From: an uncultured Acidobacteriota bacterium
Lineage (GTDB): Bacteria > Acidobacteriota > Thermoanaerobaculia > Multivoradales > JAGPDF01
Reading direction: 5' to 3'
DNA length: 64,000 nt
NCBI GenBank assembly: GCA_963700315.1
Contig: CAVOXC010000017.1
Coordinates: forward strand, 28,062 to 92,061
Shown: piece after piece, positions 9,731-20,067 of the stretch
Layout of the letters: every line of letters starts with the position of its first letter
Numbering within the stretch: position 1 is the first letter of the stretch
Translations under genes and position numbers: made by a program
Notes under the pieces: model-generated
Databases searched by the model: none
The model's input: the letters and a program-made list of their open reading frames with translations, nothing else
Told to the model about the DNA's origin: nothing

Positions 9731-10371
9731 TCAGTCTATGACTCGGAACTCGATTGGGCTTCCATCTGGAAGGCTGCATATCCGGCGAGCGAGATTTGCT
9801 GCGGGATCGCATGCCTATCACAGCATCGATGGGCACGAAGTTGCCCGGATCCAAATCGCCGCCGAGTACGAATGGAACTCTTGGCATCAAACGGAAGCCT
9901 GTCGGCAGGGGTCCGTTGGAGACCTGCCAACGGTGTAAGTGCACAAATCCAGTTAGAGCTTCATATTCTGAGAGAAGCAGCTGGGCCCAGGATTCAAGCG
10001 AGCTGCAAAGCTCCTCCGTTTCACCTGTCGTTGCATCGAAGGAGAGAACACAATCCTCGCGAATGCGGAATTGTTTTCCGAAGGCGTCTTCCGCAAAGAA
10101 GTAGAGCTCCTTTGCTAGGTCGCCATACTCGTAGCGCCACAGGTTCTGGGTATTCCACAACTCGACCGGTATCGAATCGACTGCTGTGCCCGAAGGGAAT
10201 AGATGCAGAGCGCTCTCAAATGCATGGAATCCGTTCTTTCGAGTCTTTTAGTAGGAACCCAAGCTCCTCAAGAAGCGAGGAAGAAACAGAGTCCAAGGGT
10301 GTCTCGCCAGTCGTAGCACGATGACCTAGCGGCTGACTGCCGAGAGACAGGAGTTTCTTGAGCGCAGTCAT
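9731..10371 (-). CDS. SMI1/KNR4-like (DUF1851/Tdi1-type C-terminus) immunity protein, frameshifted in this assembly
   Basis: Stitched across frames: MTALKKLLSLGS..'KNGFHAFESALHLFP'..'YFFAEDAFGKQF'..'RLMPRVPFVLGG'..'NLARRICSLPDGSPIEFRVID*'; immediately downstream of the RHS toxin tip. Confidence 0.75.
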
Positions 10372-10387
10372 GTACTTTCGGTGCCCA

Positions 10388-13300
10388 CTACTCTACTACC
10401 TCGAGTCTTACCCGCGCTCCGTTTGGTACGCCGGTCAATTGGCGACCAATGGTCGCGCCAGCGCCTCGGTGGTGTCACTCGGATTGATTGGTCGGATGCT
10501 AGAGCCATAGCCCCCCTCAAGGAAGACGGCGGGTGGATATTCATCTCGATCTAGGCTCCTCACCCGCGGGACACCGCGAAGAGCCACAGCCCTTCGCATG
10601 GCAGCGTTGCTTCGATCGACAGTAAGTACCATTGGTTGGCCCGAGGCGACTCTGCATCGTCAATGTGTCTTGCCGCCTGTGGGTACCGCGTCCTGCTGAC
10701 AGTGACTACGCGAGAGGGGCGTCCTCCTTGGGAGTAGTGCTGACGGAGTTCGCCGCCTCCGCGGCAAAATCAGGGCAAGAAGAAGACCTGCCGTGAGGCG
10801 TCTTTCAGGACGTAAAGCGATTCTGAATGGGCACCTTCAAAGAGGAGATCGTCGACAGCGATTGCAAGTGAAGAGAGTACGTGGATACTTGCAGCGATAA
10901 TCGCCACCAGCGCTGCAGCCTTGAAGATCGTTGGCGCGGCTAAAGCAAGCCGAATCGCGATGCCAGTCAGGAGACCTTGAAGAGTCTCGTGGCCGGATGG
11001 ATCTAGATGTGAGAGTGGTTCGCTACCTGCATAGAGATAGCGGTGGAGAGACACTGGTTCTGCTGCAATCCCGAAGAACGCATCCATCGATTGAAATCGG
11101 CCTACGAATGGCTCGAGCCACCTGGCTCGGTTGTAGTAGAAGCCGACGTTCGGGTCGAGCGCTTCTCCTGCGAAGAGGTAGGTGTTGGAATCGTCGCCCT
11201 GGTGGTCGAGCAGGGTTCCAAAGGCCTCGAGGGTGTATCTGTCGGTGACCTCTCCCGCCTGATTCGTGAGTGCCCGAATCGTTCCGATTCCTTCGGCGTG
11301 GAAGTAGCGGGGGATCCAGGCGCCAGGTGTACCTGGGTCGGGGCGTAGGGTGGCGAGGAGGTCGTCGCCTCTGACGTGGTAGGCGGTGAGGGTGCCGCTG
11401 CCGTCGGTTTCGGCGACGACTTGGCTCAAGACGAGGGTTCGGCCCGCGGCGCTGGTCTGGTGCCAGGGGTCGACGAGGTAGTCGACGGTTTGTGGCGGTT
11501 GGCCGGCGGGGGTGGTGACGGTTCGTACTCTCGTGCCGTCGGCGTCGTAGGTGTGGTCGACCGTCGTGCCGTCGGCGAGGGTCACGCGGGTCAGGCGGTT
11601 CTCGTAGTCCCACTCGTAGGTCGCGCCGTCGGGGCCGGTCTTGCCGGTCTGGTTGCCGTTCGGGTCCCAGGCGTAGGTGACTTCGTTCTCGGTCAGGAGG
11701 CGGTCGCGGGTGTCGTAGGTGTAGGCGACCGGGAGCGGGGTGCCGTCGCCCTGCGTGCGAGTCTGCTGGAGTCGATTGCCGACCGGGTCGTAGGTGAAGG
11801 CGTTGCGCCAGGCGGTCGGTGCATCCGGCGCCGTGCCATTCCTCGACGTGCTCGTCGGTCAGGCGGTAGAGCGGGTCGTACCGTAGTGGCGCGTCGTGCC
11901 GTCGTGCTCGACGATCTTGGTGCGGTTGCCGGTGGGGGCGAGGGTGTAGGCGAAGGAGACGATGGTGTCGCCGATGCCGTTGACCGCGGTGAGATCGAGG
12001 AGTCGATTCCTGTTGTCGTAGGCGTAGGAGGTTCCGACCCCGTTGGGGTGGGCGAGCGCCGCGCGGTTGCCGTTGGCGTCGTAGTCGTGGGCGTAGACGC
12101 CGCCGTCGGGGTCGGTGACGCTGTCGAGGCGGTTGAGGTCGTCGTAGCTGTAGGTCGTCGTCAGGAGCTCGCCGGCGACGTTGGCGGTGAGCGTCGTGCG
12201 GTTGCCGGCGAGCGTCGTGGGCGAAGCCGAGAGCGCGGCCGTCGGGATAGGTGATCGCCGTGACCCGGTCGCGCGCGGTCGTAGCCGTAGCTCGTCGTGC
12301 CGCGCGCGTCGACCATCGTCGCGCGCCGGCCGCTCGGCGTGTAGGTGAAGGCGTGGAAGCTGCCGTCGGGGTAGTCGCGCCGGGTCAGGCGGCTCGCGAG
12401 GTCGTAGCTGTAGCGGGTGAGCGCGCCGTCGAAGGCGACGCGGGTCTTCCTCTGGCCGGCGAGGTCGTAGGTGAAACGCTCGGTCGAGCCGCCGGGGAGA
12501 ATGCGCGCGGTCTGGCGGCCGAGGGCGTCGTAGTCGAAGCGGGTGACGTGGCCGTTGGCGTCGGTCTGCGAGATTCGATTGCCGAGCTCGTCGTAGCCGT
12601 AGGACGTGACGCCGCCCAAGGCGTCGGTGACCGCGGTCAGCCGGCCGAGCGCGTCGTAGGCGAACGCCGTCCGCACGCCCGCCTCGTCGATCTCCGCCGT
12701 CCGTCGTCCCAGCGGGTCGTACTCGCTGCGCCGGCTCGTGCCATCCGGGAAGACGGTGCGGACCATGCGGCCGAGCACGTCGTAGAGGAAGAGCGTCGCG
12801 ACGCCGCGCGGGTCGGTGACGCGGGTCTGGTTGCCGGCGGCGTCGTAGGCGAAGGCGGTCGAGCTGGCCGAGCGCGTCGGTGATCGAGAGGCGCCGGCCG
12901 GCGTCGTCGTAGGCGAAGGTGCGTCTCGTGGTCGCGGGCGTCGATCGCGCGCTCGAGCCGGCCGGCGGTGTCGTAGCGCTGTTCGATCTCGGCGCCGTCG
13001 GGGAAGCGGGTGAGGAGGAGCCGGCCGGCGAGGTCGTACACGAGCTCGGTCGAGCGGCCGGCGCGATCGCGGACGAGGGTGCGGCGCCCCTCGGCGTCGT
13101 ACGCGGTTGCTTCCAAGGTGCCGTCCGGGTGGTCGACGCGCGTCTGGCGGCCGAGGTCGTCGTAGGTGAGGGTCGTGCGCCGGCCGAGCGGGTCGACGGT
13201 CGCGGTGACCTGGCCGAGCGCGTCGTACTCGGTCGCGGTGAGCTGAGCCGTCGGGCGCGGTGCTCGAGAGCAGCCGGCCGGCGGCGTCGTAGACGAAGTG

Positions 13301-16300
13301 GGTGACGAGCGTCTCGGTGGTGCCGTCGGACCGGGTGCGGCTGCGCGTTTCGGTCCGCCGGTTGCCGGTCGAGTCGTAGGTGAACGTCGCGACGCTGCCG
13401 AGCGCGTCGGTCTCCGGCGAGGAGGTTGCCGCGCGAGTCGTAGGCGTAGCGGCTGATCTCGCCGAGCGGGTCGGTCTCGGTGAGCAGGTTGCCGCGGCTG
13501 TCGTAGGTGTAGGCCGTGAGTTGGCCGGCGGGGTCGGTCGTCTGGAGGAGATTGCTCTTCGAGTCGTAGGCGTTGGCGGTGACGCGTCCGTTGGGATCGG
13601 TCGAGGTGAGGACGTTGCCCTTGGCGTCGTAGGTGAAGGCGGCGACGTTGCCGAGCGGGTCGGTGACCGCGGTGAGGTTGCGGCTCGCGTCGTAGGCGTA
13701 GAGCGTCGGCGGCAGGTCGGCGATCGCCTCGGTGAGGAGCTGGTCGTCGGCGTCGAAGCGTGCGCGTGGTCGGCGACGCCGGTCTCGTCGATCTCGAGGA
13801 GAACGTTGCCGCGCGCGTCGTAGTAGAGCGAGCGCGAGGCGCCGAGGCGGTTGGTGACGACCTCGAGCCGCTCGCCGATGCGGTGGTCGTAGACGATCTC
13901 GTGGCCGTAGGCGTCGACGTGGCGGGTGAGCCGGCCGTCGGGGCCGTACTCGTTGCGGATCGGCGTGCGGCCGAGCGGGTCTTCGATCTCTTCGAGGTAG
14001 TGGCCGACGGAGTAGCGGATCTCGGTCACCGCGCCGGTGCGGTCGGTGACGGCGACGAGATCGCCGTCGCCGTCGTAGCCGTAGCCGAGCTCGCCGCCGG
14101 CCGGTTCGGTGATCCGCGTCACGCGCCCCTCGCCGTCGCGCTCGAAGGCGATCGAGACGCCGGAGGAGTGGGCGATGCCTCCCGGCGTGAAGGTCAGCGT
14201 GTTGTCGTTGGCGTCGACGATCTTGGTGACGCCGACGCCGCGCTCGAGCTCGAGCTTCCTGCCGTCGCGCGTGGTCAGCCGGACGCGCGCCGGGTGGAAG
14301 AGCTCGAAGCTCTCCGCAGTCGACCAGGCGCGTGTCGCCGTTGGCCCAGAAGACGGTGGTGTTGCCGAGCACCTGGAGGGTCGCGCCCGGCACCGGGCCG
14401 TCGACGAACTGGTAGGAGACGTTGGCGAAGCAACCGCCGCCGGTCGGGGCGAGGCTTCCGAGCACCGGCCGGAAGCGGTAGATCTCGCGATCGGTGAGGC
14501 GAATCGTCGAGAGATGGGGCGCGAGCTCGAGCGCCTGCTGGCAGGGCAGGACGCCGGCGGCGATCCGCCAGTCCGTGCCCGGCACGCGGTTGTGGACGAG
14601 GCTGCCCTGGCGGAGCTCGAGCGTCCAGCCGAAGCCGAAGTCGCCGCGAGCGCTCGCGGCGGCGGCTGTCGTAGCTGCGCAGCACCTGGATCGGCAGGCC
14701 GGCGAGCGGCACCTCGAGGTCGACGAAGGTGAGGGCGAAGTGGCCGATCTTCATCTGGCCGTCGACCACGACGTCGACCACCTGCTCGGCGGTGCGCCCC
14801 AGGGTGTCGGCTGCGGAGAGCCGGAGCTCGTAGAGACCGTTCTCGAGCAGCGTCGGGTCGAAGGTCGCGAGCGGCTGCGCCTCGACCGTGGCGGTGCCCG
14901 TGGCGAGCGGCGATCCAGGCCGGCGTCCCCCTCGGCGCGGAAGAAGAGCTCCCAGCCGGCGAGGGACGGCGAACGGACCGTGCCGACGACGGCCGTCGGC
15001 TCGGTCACCTCGTCGAGATCCGTGGGCGCGAGGATCGAAACCGTCGGCCCGTCGGTCGCGTTCGAGATCGTGAGCGTCGTCGCCGCGGTCGCGTAGATCC
15101 AGTAGCCGCGGCCGGGGCGGAGCTCCGCGAGGTCGTTCGCCCACGCGGGCACCGCCGGGTCGTAGACCTCCCAGGGATCCTCCGGGTCGGTCGGGTCGAA
15201 GCCGAAGACGCGCAGGTACTGACCGGCAATCGAGGCGAGCGCGGCGGCGACCGGTCGTGGCGACGACGCCGGAAAGCCGACGAGATTCCAGCCGAGGCAG
15301 AGCGGGATCGCGGTCTCGACCGGCTCGGGGCCGGCTTCGGGGAGCGTCGTTCCCGCGCTCCCCTCGAGCCAGAAGCCGATCGACGGCGAGATCGCCGCGA
15401 GATCGTAGCCGCCCGGCGCGGCGGGATCCCAGAGCTTCCAGGGATCGGCGAGACATCGCAGGCGTCGAAGGCGTAGACGCGGGAGTACGGCGCCCGCGAT
15501 CGGTGCGAGCACCGCGGCCGGCGCTGGATCGCCCGGGGTCCAGGAGATCGAGAGGAGATTCCAGGCCGGGAGCACCGGGACCGAGACCTCGGGGGTGGCT
15601 GCGAGCAGCTCGAGCGGCGGCGAGGCCTCCCCCTTCCGAACGAGCGAGAAGTCGGGAGGCGACGGCGGCGGCGGAACCTTTGCGAGCGGCGCGCTCGGCG
15701 CGCGCGGCGAGGGGCGCTCGCGGATGCCGTAGGGATCCTCCGGGTCCTGGGCTCGCCCTTCTTCCGTAGCCGATCTCGTCTCTTGCTCGGGCTGGGCGAG
15801 CGGGGGCGCGAAGGCCTCCGCGGGGCCCGCGGAGGCCTTCGAAGCGGCGCCGAGGTAGTTCGCTCGCTGCGAAAGCTTGCTGTTTAGGGGGGAAGGGCCG
15901 GAGATCGTGGCGCTCCGCGGACGGGCGCCGGCGGCGCTCTCGATGCTCGCGGCAAAGCTGGAGCTGCCGAGGCGGCCGTCGGCAGCCGCGGCATGCGAAC
16001 TGCCCACCCCTTCACTGGCAGCTCTCTCGGACCTGGGCCAGGCCCGAGCGGCGTCGGCAGCCGCGGCGAAGGCACGGCCCACCCCTTCACTGGCAGCTCT
16101 CTCGGACCTGGGCCAGGCCCGAGCGGCGTCGGCAGCCGCGACGAAGGCACGGACCACCCCTTCACTGGCAGCCTTCTCGGACCTTGGCCAGGTCTGAGGA
16201 GCGTCGGCAGCCCCGGCGAAGTCTCCGCCCGCCCTTTCACTGGCAATCTTCTCGGACCCTGGCCAGGCCCAAAGAGCATCGGCAGTCGCGACGAAGGCGC

Positions 16301-16664
16301 CGCCCACCCCTTCACTGCCAGCTTCTTCCGACCTCGGCCGGGCGCGAACGGCGTCGGCAGTCGCGGCGAGGGTCCGCCCGAGCCAAGACCGAACCAGGGC
16401 GAGCCCGGGCTGGACTCGGTCCGTGGCGAGCTCGAGGGCGGAGACGCGCCGCTGCTCGCCGTCGCGGAGGGTCGCGATGCCGAGCTCAACCGGCAGGCCG
16501 AGACCGAGCAGGGGGCCGGTCGGCAGCAGCGCCGAGGCAAGGAGGACCTTGGCCACCGCCCGCTCGAAGGATCCGAAGCCCGACCGGAAGCCGCCCGCCC
16601 CGCCCCGGCCGCCGCCATCCCCGATCGAACGGTCTCTTCCCCGGTCCCCTATCGCTCGCCCCAT
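10388..16664 (-). CDS. Large RHS/YD-repeat polymorphic toxin with C-terminal NucA/NucB-type DNase; multiple frameshifts
   Basis: Many YD repeats across ORF fragments, core 'YLFAGEALDPNVGFYYNRARW', cleavage motif 'PLSHLDPSG' (DPSG 10992-11003), tip 'YPQAARHI..LTVDRSNAAMRR..DRDEYPPAVFLEGGYGSSIRPINPSD..GAG'; stop TAG at 10388. Confidence 0.85.
15978..16368 (-). repeat. About five 75-bp (25-aa) tandem repeats in the RHS N-terminus
   Basis: CCCCTTCACTGGCA-like core at about 16007, 16082, 16157, 16232 and 16307; unit 'AAADAARAWPRSERAASEGVGRAFA'. Confidence 0.9.
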
Positions 16665-16793
16665 GCCTCTCCTCCGACAGCCGGTTCAGAAGGGTGCGAC
16701 TCGAGAGACGGATTCCGGTGCAACAAACTTGCGGCGAGGGCTCGAATCGCGTCCTGAGCACCGGGCCCGGCAGCTAGCCGGGCACGCCGCGCC

Positions 16794-16943
16794 AGGTGGC
16801 TGGCACCCGGCCTGACCACGTGGCTGGCACCTTCGCGCGGGGCCGTCCAGTGCTGCCATTCACCAGGCAAGCCGCTGAATCCTCGAGACTTACGACGTGC
16901 TACCAGGGGCCTGGCGCCGGGGCAGACTAGGTGGCTGGCACCT
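16794..16943 (+). repeat. Cluster of three copies of the 15-bp palindromic motif
   Basis: AGGTGGCTGGCACCC 16794-16808, ACGTGGCTGGCACCT 16818-16832, AGGTGGCTGGCACCT 16929-16943. Confidence 0.85.
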
Positions 16944-17043
16944 GGGACACCTGGGAGAAGGAGCTGGGCGGTTCGCGGTGGGCGTCGGATCTGAGAGCTC
17001 GCTGAGGTTGGCGAGAGGGCGGACGGGCCGGTGGCCGGCGTCC

Positions 17044-19156
17044 CTATCGAACCTGGATCGTGACGGTCAGAGTCCCCTGGTTGTCGCTGAAGTTGCCCGG
17101 GGTGTCGTTGATGCTCAGGTAGAGACGACCGGCGGCCGGGGTCGGGCCGGAGAAGCGCTCACCGACAGTGAAGGTGGCGCTCGCCCACCTTGGCGACGAG
17201 CGCGGCGAGGGGGGCCGACGCCACGATCGTGCCCGGATGGATGTACTCACCGTGGCCGCCCGGGCCGAGAGCGGGCGGGCCGGTGTTCGACCAGCGGCCG
17301 GTCGCGGCGAGCTCGATCGACTGTCCTGTCGTGACATCGACGCCGGTGTCGAGCCACTCGACCGTGGCGGGCACCTCGATGCGGACCGGCTGGGCCGGGA
17401 TCGCGGCGCGCTGCGTCAGCATGCCGACGTTCGAGTAGGTCCGCGTCACGGTGGCCACCGACTCGCGCCAGGCCGGGGTCGTCTCGACCTGAACCTCCTT
17501 CGGGCCCGGCGCCGGAGCGGGTTCGGGCTCGACTCTCTGGTACCGCTCGACGGCTTGCAGCTGGTCGGGGGAGAGCCTGTCCGCCGTGACGCCGCGCAAG
17601 ACCTTCTGGCTCGCCGGAGCGTCGCCGACCTCCTCGAAGCGCTCGGCGGCCAGCAACCGTACCTCGAGTCCGCGCTTCGGCTCGCCGGTGGCTTCGAGTC
17701 CCTGGGCGTAGAGCAGCGTCAGGTCGGGATCGACCTTCGACTTCTGGGGCAGGTCGGAGCGCGACGTTCCGGCATCGAGCCGCCGCGCGACATCGAATGC
17801 GCGGCCGAGCTGGAAGAGCGCCGTCGTCGGCTGGCTCGTCGTCCCCCAACCCATCCTGCCGTTCACCGCGAGCGAGCCGTAGATCTGCCCCAAGGCGCGG
17901 TGGTACTCGAGGATCTTGTCGAGCTGACCGAGCTCGTAGGCGCGGTTCTTCGCGGCGAAGAGCCGGCCGGCGGGGTCGGCGTACTCTGCGGCGAGCGCGT
18001 CGAGCGCGGGGAGGTCGCGGCGCTCGACGTAGAGGTTGGCGAGGCTGCGCAGCGTCAGCGGGTCGGGGTCGTCGGCGAGGTCGACCGCGGCGCGGTAGCA
18101 GGCGGCGGCGGTCGCCGTTTCACGCCGTTCGCGGTAGCCGTCCCCGATCGCGCGCAGCGCCGCGCGAATGGCGTCCCGCCGCGGGAGGCCGCGCCTCTCG
18201 GTCCACTCGTCGTAGGGCTCACGCCACCAGCGGAACGGCTGCGCGTAGTTGCCGGGCGAGGCGTAGAGGCGGAGCAGCTCGGTGACGCCCGCGCCGAGAC
18301 CCGGCTCGTCGACGAAGCGCCGCAGGCGCCGAACTCTGGGCGATTCGAGGATCTCCAGAGGCGTGGCGTGCGCCTGCGCGAAGCTCGCCGCGATGGCGGC
18401 AAGCAACTCGGCGCGCAGGTAGGAGGGCCAGCCCGCCTCGAGCGCCGCCAGGGCGAGATCGGCGCCGCGCGAGGCCTGCCGGCCCTCGACCAGGCGCCAG
18501 AGGTAGCCGAGCAGGCGGTGCGGATCGCGGTCGCGAAGCTCGAGGTAGCGCCGCTGCAGGAGCTCGTGCGGCGCGTCGAGCCGCGGCTCGAGCAGCACGA
18601 CCTCCTCGTAGACTCGGAAGGCTTCGTCCCAGCGTTCCTGGTCGCGCAGGAAGTCGGCCCACTGCTGGAGGTAGAAGACCCGTCGGCTCCCGGGGCGCGA
18701 GGCGGCGAGCTCGAACGACTTCGCGGCGTTCGCCGAGTCGCCCAGGGCGAGCTGCGCCTTGCCGAGGTTGTAGAGCGCGGCGACCGCGCCGGGCTTGAGC
18801 TCGAGGACGCGGCTGTAGCCGGCCGCGGCGTGGCGCAGCAGCTCCTGAGCCTCCTCTCCTTCCCCCTGTTTCTCGGCCGCGAGCTGCTCCTCGACCGCCT
18901 GCTCGAATCGGAGCCGAGCTTCGACTGTGGCGGCCTCGGTCTTGGCCAGAGCGGCTTCGTTCCGGGCTGCCGCGGCTTCCGCCTGGGCCGCGACGGCTTC
19001 GGCTTTCACCGCGGCAGCTGCGGGCTCGACCGCCTTGGCCGTGACCTCGGCCCTGGCGCGGACTTCGGGACTCGCCTGGGCCTCGAGCGGAGCGTGTGCG
19101 CAGAGCGCGAGCGCGACCAGGGTGACGGACCCGACCCTTGTCGACTTTGCGCTCAT
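17044..19156 (-). CDS. Secreted TPR-repeat protein with C-terminal PA-IL/LecA-like beta-sandwich; frameshift near 17180
   Basis: Signal 'MSAKSTRVGSVTLVALALCAHAPLEAQA', coiled Ala-rich stalk, TPRs ('ALYNLGKAQLALGD..AAKSFELA'), C-terminal 'WLDTGVDV..GQSIELAATGRWS..ALVAKVG..GRLYLSINDTPGNFSDNQGTLTVTI'. Confidence 0.72.
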
Positions 19157-20067
19157 GGCGTCCCCCCTTCCTCGAGCGTCGTGACGATGCCGGCCTCGAC
19201 CTCCAGCGGATTCGGCTTGTAGATCTTCATGTAGACGAAGGGCTCCCGACAGGTGTCGAGCAGCTCTTGCAGGCGTGGGTGCCAGGCGAGTGGCAGCGCG
19301 TTGACGGCCGGAGCGCCGGAGACGATGCCGGCGCAAGCGAAGCTCTCGAGCAGGAGCTGGGTGCGCTCCCCCTCGATGTCCCCCGGGTGGGCGACGAGGC
19401 GGCGATCGAGGCGATTCTGGAAACGGACCTCGATCTCCGACTCGGCTTTGGCCTTGAGCCCCTTGAGCGGCAGGTAGAGCTTCTGCAGCGCGGCGTCGGG
19501 CGCGAGCGATTTCGAGACGACGATCTCCGAGAGGAAGCGCTCCTCGAGCGCCCGCATGGCGTCGGCGTCCTCGGCGACACGGTGCGCCAGCTCGGCGACC
19601 TTGGCGACGAGCTCCGTGGCGGTCATCTCGGGCGCGGCGAGGTCGCAGAGCGCCGAGAGCTCCAGCTCCGGGTAGGTCCAGGCGACGATGCCCCCACGCT
19701 CTGCCCGGAATCGCGCGCGGACCGAGGGCGGATCGCACGCGCCGCTCGGACCGTCGGCGAGGAGCAGTACCCAGCGCGGCGCGTCCGCCACGGCGTCTGG
19801 CGCCGCCGGCGTCCAGTCGAGGTAGAGGAAGCTCGCGTGCGCGATGCGCGCGAGCTCGGTCTCGACCGCCGCGACGACCTCCGGTGTGGTCAGGCGCGTC
19901 TGGTCCAGGGTCGAGCCCGGCTCGATCCGGAGCTCGACGAGCACCTGACGCAGAGGCTGGGCGGTCGCGGGCAGCGCGACGAGGAGCGCGGCCGCGACCA
20001 GCGGCGCGAACCGACGGCGCGGCCGCTCAGAGGTTCGCGGCGGGTTCGACGAACACCAGGTCGACAT
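19153..20067 (-). CDS. Secreted hypothetical protein (operon member)
   Basis: Signal-like 'RRRFAPLVAAALLVALPATAQ'; stop overlaps the next ATG (ATGA); exact start uncertain. Confidence 0.65.
   Translation of the reverse strand: MSTWCSSNPPRTSERPRRRFAPLVAAALLVALPATAQPLRQVLVELRIEPGSTLDQTRLTTPEVVAAVETELARIAHASFLYLDWTPAAPDAVADAPRWVLLLADGPSGACDPPSVRARFRAERGGIVAWTYPELELSALCDLAAPEMTATELVAKVAELAHRVAEDADAMRALEERFLSEIVVSKSLAPDAALQKLYLPLKGLKAKAESEIEVRFQNRLDRRLVAHPGDIEGERTQLLLESFACAGIVSGAPAVNALPLAWHPRLQELLDTCREPFVYMKIYKPNPLEVEAGIVTTLEEGGTP

Noticed and set aside
15978-16368. 75-bp periodic array as a CRISPR array
   Set aside because: The whole unit is conserved with no unique spacers, the period is a multiple of 3 within an ORF, and no cas genes are present.
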